A DNA stretch of 64,000 nucleotides, from assembly GCA_017649895.1 (NCBI GenBank), contig JAGCFW010000016.1, positions 1 to 64,000 of the forward strand, written 5' to 3'. This document shows, piece after piece, positions 61,288 to 64,000 of this stretch. The DNA is from Alphaproteobacteria bacterium (GTDB lineage Bacteria > Pseudomonadota > Alphaproteobacteria > UBA3830). The position numbers were made by a program, and so were the translations under genes. The first letter of the stretch is position 1, and every line of letters begins with the position of its first letter. The notes beneath the pieces are model-generated. The model had not been told where the DNA came from. It searched no databases and saw only the letters and a list, made by a program, of their open reading frames with translations.

Positions 61288-62003
61288 TAGTTATTACTCC
61301 CTTTCTGCCTTAAAATTTCATACAGAGAAACTGTTGCTGCCTGAGCTGCGTTTAAAGTCGTAAACTCTCCGACACTCGGTAACTGAACAAGAAAATCGCA
61401 ATTCTCTCTGGTCAAACGACGCATTCCCTGCCCTTCACTACCAATTATCAACACAAATTTGCCAGATAAATCCATTTGTCCGATTTTTTTATCGCCTCGT
61501 TCATCCAATCCGAGACACCAATACCCTAATTTTTTCAGAAATTTAAGCGATTGAACTAAATTCTTCACCTTTATCAATGGAACAGTTTCAAGAGCCCCAG
61601 AAGCCACTTTCGCCATCACCGCTGTAACCTCCGGTGCATGAGCCTCCGGAAGCACAACAGCTTTTGCTCCGAATACGGCAGAAGCCCGCAATATGCTTCC
61701 GACATTTTGCGGATCCGTAACTTGGTCCAAAAATACTATCGGACGATCATCGTCAGGCAAATCTTCTAAAAAGACCTCTTCCTGCGGCAGAACTTGCGCT
61801 GCACACCCCTGATGAATAACATCTTTCCCAAATAAGGATGAAAAGTAATTCTTATCAACAACATCAACTTTTATGGAACAATCTGTAAAAAAATCCCGAT
61901 TCTGCGGAAGCACAACTACCCTAAAAACATGCCTCGCCTTATTCAGCACCGCCGCTCGCACAGCATGCTTTCCGTAAATCCAAATTCTGTTATCCTTCGC
62001 CAT
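61287..62003 (-). CDS. rlmB: TrmH/SpoU-family 23S rRNA 2'-O-methyltransferase (RlmB-like)
   Basis: 238 aa. SPOUT motifs LDQVTDPQNVGSILRSA and LIIGSEGQGM. 1-nt overlap with plsY. Confidence 0.8.
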   Translation of the reverse strand: MAKDNRIWIYGKHAVRAAVLNKARHVFRVVVLPQNRDFFTDCSIKVDVVDKNYFSSLFGKDVIHQGCAAQVLPQEEVFLEDLPDDDRPIVFLDQVTDPQNVGSILRASAVFGAKAVVLPEAHAPEVTAVMAKVASGALETVPLIKVKNLVQSLKFLKKLGYWCLGLDERGDKKIGQMDLSGKFVLIIGSEGQGMRRLTRENCDFLVQLPSVGEFTTLNAAQAATVSLYEILRQKGSNN

Positions 62004-62087
62004 TACTTAAACACAACATTCGTTTGAGTCAGGCTACCGCATTTTTCTTTTATTTTAAAGAAAAAAGTACGACAATAATTGGTCTTA

Positions 62088-64000
62088 TCATTTCCAATTC
62101 GATATTACCGAATCGTTCGAAACATTCGAGGACTCTTCTACACCAATCTCGCCTTTGATAAATGGTAGAGAATTAATATCTTCCTGCGAAATCGACTCTA
62201 TTTTCTTATCCGAAAAAATCTTATGCAAAAAAGTTTCAACAACTCCCGTCGCCAGTTTTTCATCTATCAGATTCTTGAAAATAACAACGGAGAAATTAGA
62301 TTCGTCGACATCAGGTACTTTACTCAAAAATGCCTTAATGGACTCAGAACGTTCAAAACTGCCTAAAATGATTGTCGGCTTTAAATTTTCACCATAATCA
62401 AAAGCACTAACCAAACTTATATCATCTTCGCTCGGATCAATTGCAATAAATCCTGCAAAACTTGCCTGATTTTTCAAAAAAAGCCGCATAGCCGGAATTA
62501 TACTGTGGTTTTCCGCAAATAAAATAATGTTCCCGTATTTTGCCAGCCTGCTTTTTACCGCCCAATTAATCGCTTCTTTGATATCCGCAACAGCTTTGTT
62601 AACCGACTCATTGACGATGCGTTCCGACTTCTCTAACTCATCGGAAGACAATTCTTCTCTGTTGTTCTTTTCGCCGTCATTCTCTTCATCATCATCGCTC
62701 TCATCTTCGTGCGATTCACTTCTTTGTTCGATATTTGAATTTATTATCTCTCGAAGAGCTTTTGCAAAATCTTCTTCCGATTTTCTGTAATTCAAACAAA
62801 GTACATTAAATCCTCGATTAGCTAAAATTTGAACTGTCGGCATATACCTCCAATCATATTGTTCTAAAGAATTTGTCATAACAATCAGCGGAGAATTAGT
62901 CGTACTTTTAACGCCTCGCACAAAGAACACATGCACATATCCCTTGCTAAGGTAATGGCTCGACATAGATCTCAAATCAAATTTATTGTCATTGTAATCC
63001 TTTACGGTATATGCTCTATTGTTTGGGTTTGTCGGAACAAGTGTAAAATTGCGATTTACCGTATTATAAGTGAAAAACTGATCCCCAAGCTTGTCACTCA
63101 TTACACAAATAAGCCAAATCTTCCCATCCGATGAGGTATTGACTCGATACCAAGAAGCATAATTAAACTTGTTACCTATCACATTAAGATGCATTTTTAT
63201 GTTACTATCCCAAGTAAAATGATTATATTTCTTGGCACTTACACTAATGAAAGAAGGCACACCGTTCTGATCCAAATTAATCCTGACCCGAGAAAGGCTT
63301 GAAACATTCCTTAAACTATACATTTTATGCGTTTCTACATTTGATTCATCCCCTTGCGATATTTTTTTTCTATCAATTACAAGAGTATTCCCTGTCTTCT
63401 CTAATGTAGCTGTGTACCAATTATTATTGTTATCTACCGAAGTATTCCCTGTCTTCTTTAATGTAGCTGTGTACCAATTATTTTTGTTATCTACCGAAAA
63501 ATATTTCTCTGAATCAGGATCATGAATCTGACCTACCGGCATTAAGTTATTGGAATCTTCAGAGTCTTTCAAATCTTCAGAATTAGGCAATTCATCTTCT
63601 TCGCTTTCAACGAAATCGTCACTGCTCAAATCAATAGCACTACCTCTTCTTTTTATTGGCTTATTTACAGCCAAATTTTGATTTGCGTAAACATTCGTTA
63701 AACCGTTTTCATTTTTTATTGTAAGAACCGGATTCAAATTATTATTAAATAAAGATTGAGTCGGTCTCGATAAATGTTTCTCTTTCTTACATAAGAATTT
63801 TTTCGTTTTTTTATCGTTCCTTATACTGTATAAGGTGTATTCTTCTCCATCATAACACTCAGCCATACATAATGAATTATTCTTAAAAAAACGAACCGAT
63901 CTCAAATTACTCGGCAAATTCAATAATCGAGCCGTAGTAGTAGAATATTTAGCCTTGACATTAAGAATATTTTTTTTGTTGTAATAGGTATATACAATAT
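62088..64000 (-). CDS. Large hypothetical protein, partial (5' end beyond the window). N-terminal region with acidic linkers and a 19-aa tandem repeat, then a C-terminal alpha/beta-hydrolase-like region.
   Basis: The track ORF 62088..63923 begins at an internal TTG. The same frame stays open upstream to position 64000 (...IVYTYYNKKNILNVKAKYSTTTAR-L...). No recognisable catalytic motif. Confidence 0.6.
   Translation of the reverse strand, partial: IVYTYYNKKNILNVKAKYSTTTARLLNLPSNLRSVRFFKNNSLCMAECYDGEEYTLYSIRNDKKTKKFLCKKEKHLSRPTQSLFNNNLNPVLTIKNENGLTNVYANQNLAVNKPIKRRGSAIDLSSDDFVESEEDELPNSEDLKDSEDSNNLMPVGQIHDPDSEKYFSVDNKNNWYTATLKKTGNTSVDNNNNWYTATLEKTGNTLVIDRKKISQGDESNVETHKMYSLRNVSSLSRVRINLDQNGVPSFISVSAKKYNHFTWDSNIKMHLNVIGNKFNYASWYRVNTSSDGKIWLICVMSDKLGDQFFTYNTVNRNFTLVPTNPNNRAYTVKDYNDNKFDLRSMSSHYLSKGYVHVFFVRGVKSTTNSPLIVMTNSLEQYDWRYMPTVQILANRGFNVLCLNYRKSEEDFAKALREIINSNIEQRSESHEDESDDDEENDGEKNNREELSSDELEKSERIVNESVNKAVADIKEAINWAVKSRLAKYGNIILFAENHSIIPAMRLFLKNQASFAGFIAIDPSEDDISLVSAFDYGENLKPTIILGSFERSESIKAFLSKVPDVDESNFSVVIFKNLIDEKLATGVVETFLHKIFSDKKIESISQEDINSLPFIKGEIGVEESSNVSNDSVISNWK
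63391..63504. repeat. Two tandem copies of a 57-bp unit inside the large orphan gene
   Basis: ccctgtcttct[c/t]taatgtagctgtgtaccaattatt...gttatctaccgaa occurs at 63391 and 63448. It encodes the repeated peptide NNWYTATL[K/E]KTGNT. Confidence 0.6.

Overview
This 64-kb window is a gene-dense, low-GC (about 35-40% by eye) chromosomal segment from a Gram-negative bacterium. A cpa/tad pilus locus, a stand-alone pntAA, short-form MetG and an rpsF-rpsR pair suggest a host-associated alpha-proteobacterium-like lineage, but that is inference. I can support about 60 protein genes and 2 tRNAs, tRNA-Leu(GAG) and tRNA-Val(GAC). Most of the window is housekeeping: rpsF/rpsR, infA, kdsB, rpoZ, tatD, metG, pntAA, recO-era-rnc-lepB, dksA, rplT/rpmI, yifB, fabD, rlmH, gyrA, ssb, accBC, rne, gltX, cysS, a PBP5-type DD-carboxypeptidase, tmk, topA, dprA, plsY and rlmB. 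There is one contiguous Flp-pilus assembly locus, cpaA-B-C-D-E-F-tadB-tadC, with no pilin gene in the window. The most notable content is two physically separated type VI secretion modules. The first is a translationally coupled spike operon at 2.4-6.0 kb: vgrG, a MORN-variant (YwqK-like) protein, a DUF4280 PAAR-like cap and a variant HIT enzyme (H-x-H-x-K). The second is a tssK-tssL-tssM-tssA block at 31.8-39.2 kb, followed 14 nt later by a BON-domain lipoprotein and yifB. No sheath, tube, ClpV or TssEFG/J genes are present in the window. At the left edge, a partial minus-strand gene encodes a signal-peptide protein with a T/Q/N/S-rich tail built from 288-bp tandem repeats. It sits 2 nt downstream of a membrane-anchored FkbM-type methyltransferase gene. 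That partial gene is absent from the ORF track only because its stop lies outside the window. A second large orphan protein (>630 aa) runs off the right edge and carries an internal 57-bp tandem repeat. No CRISPR arrays, IS elements or rRNA genes were seen.
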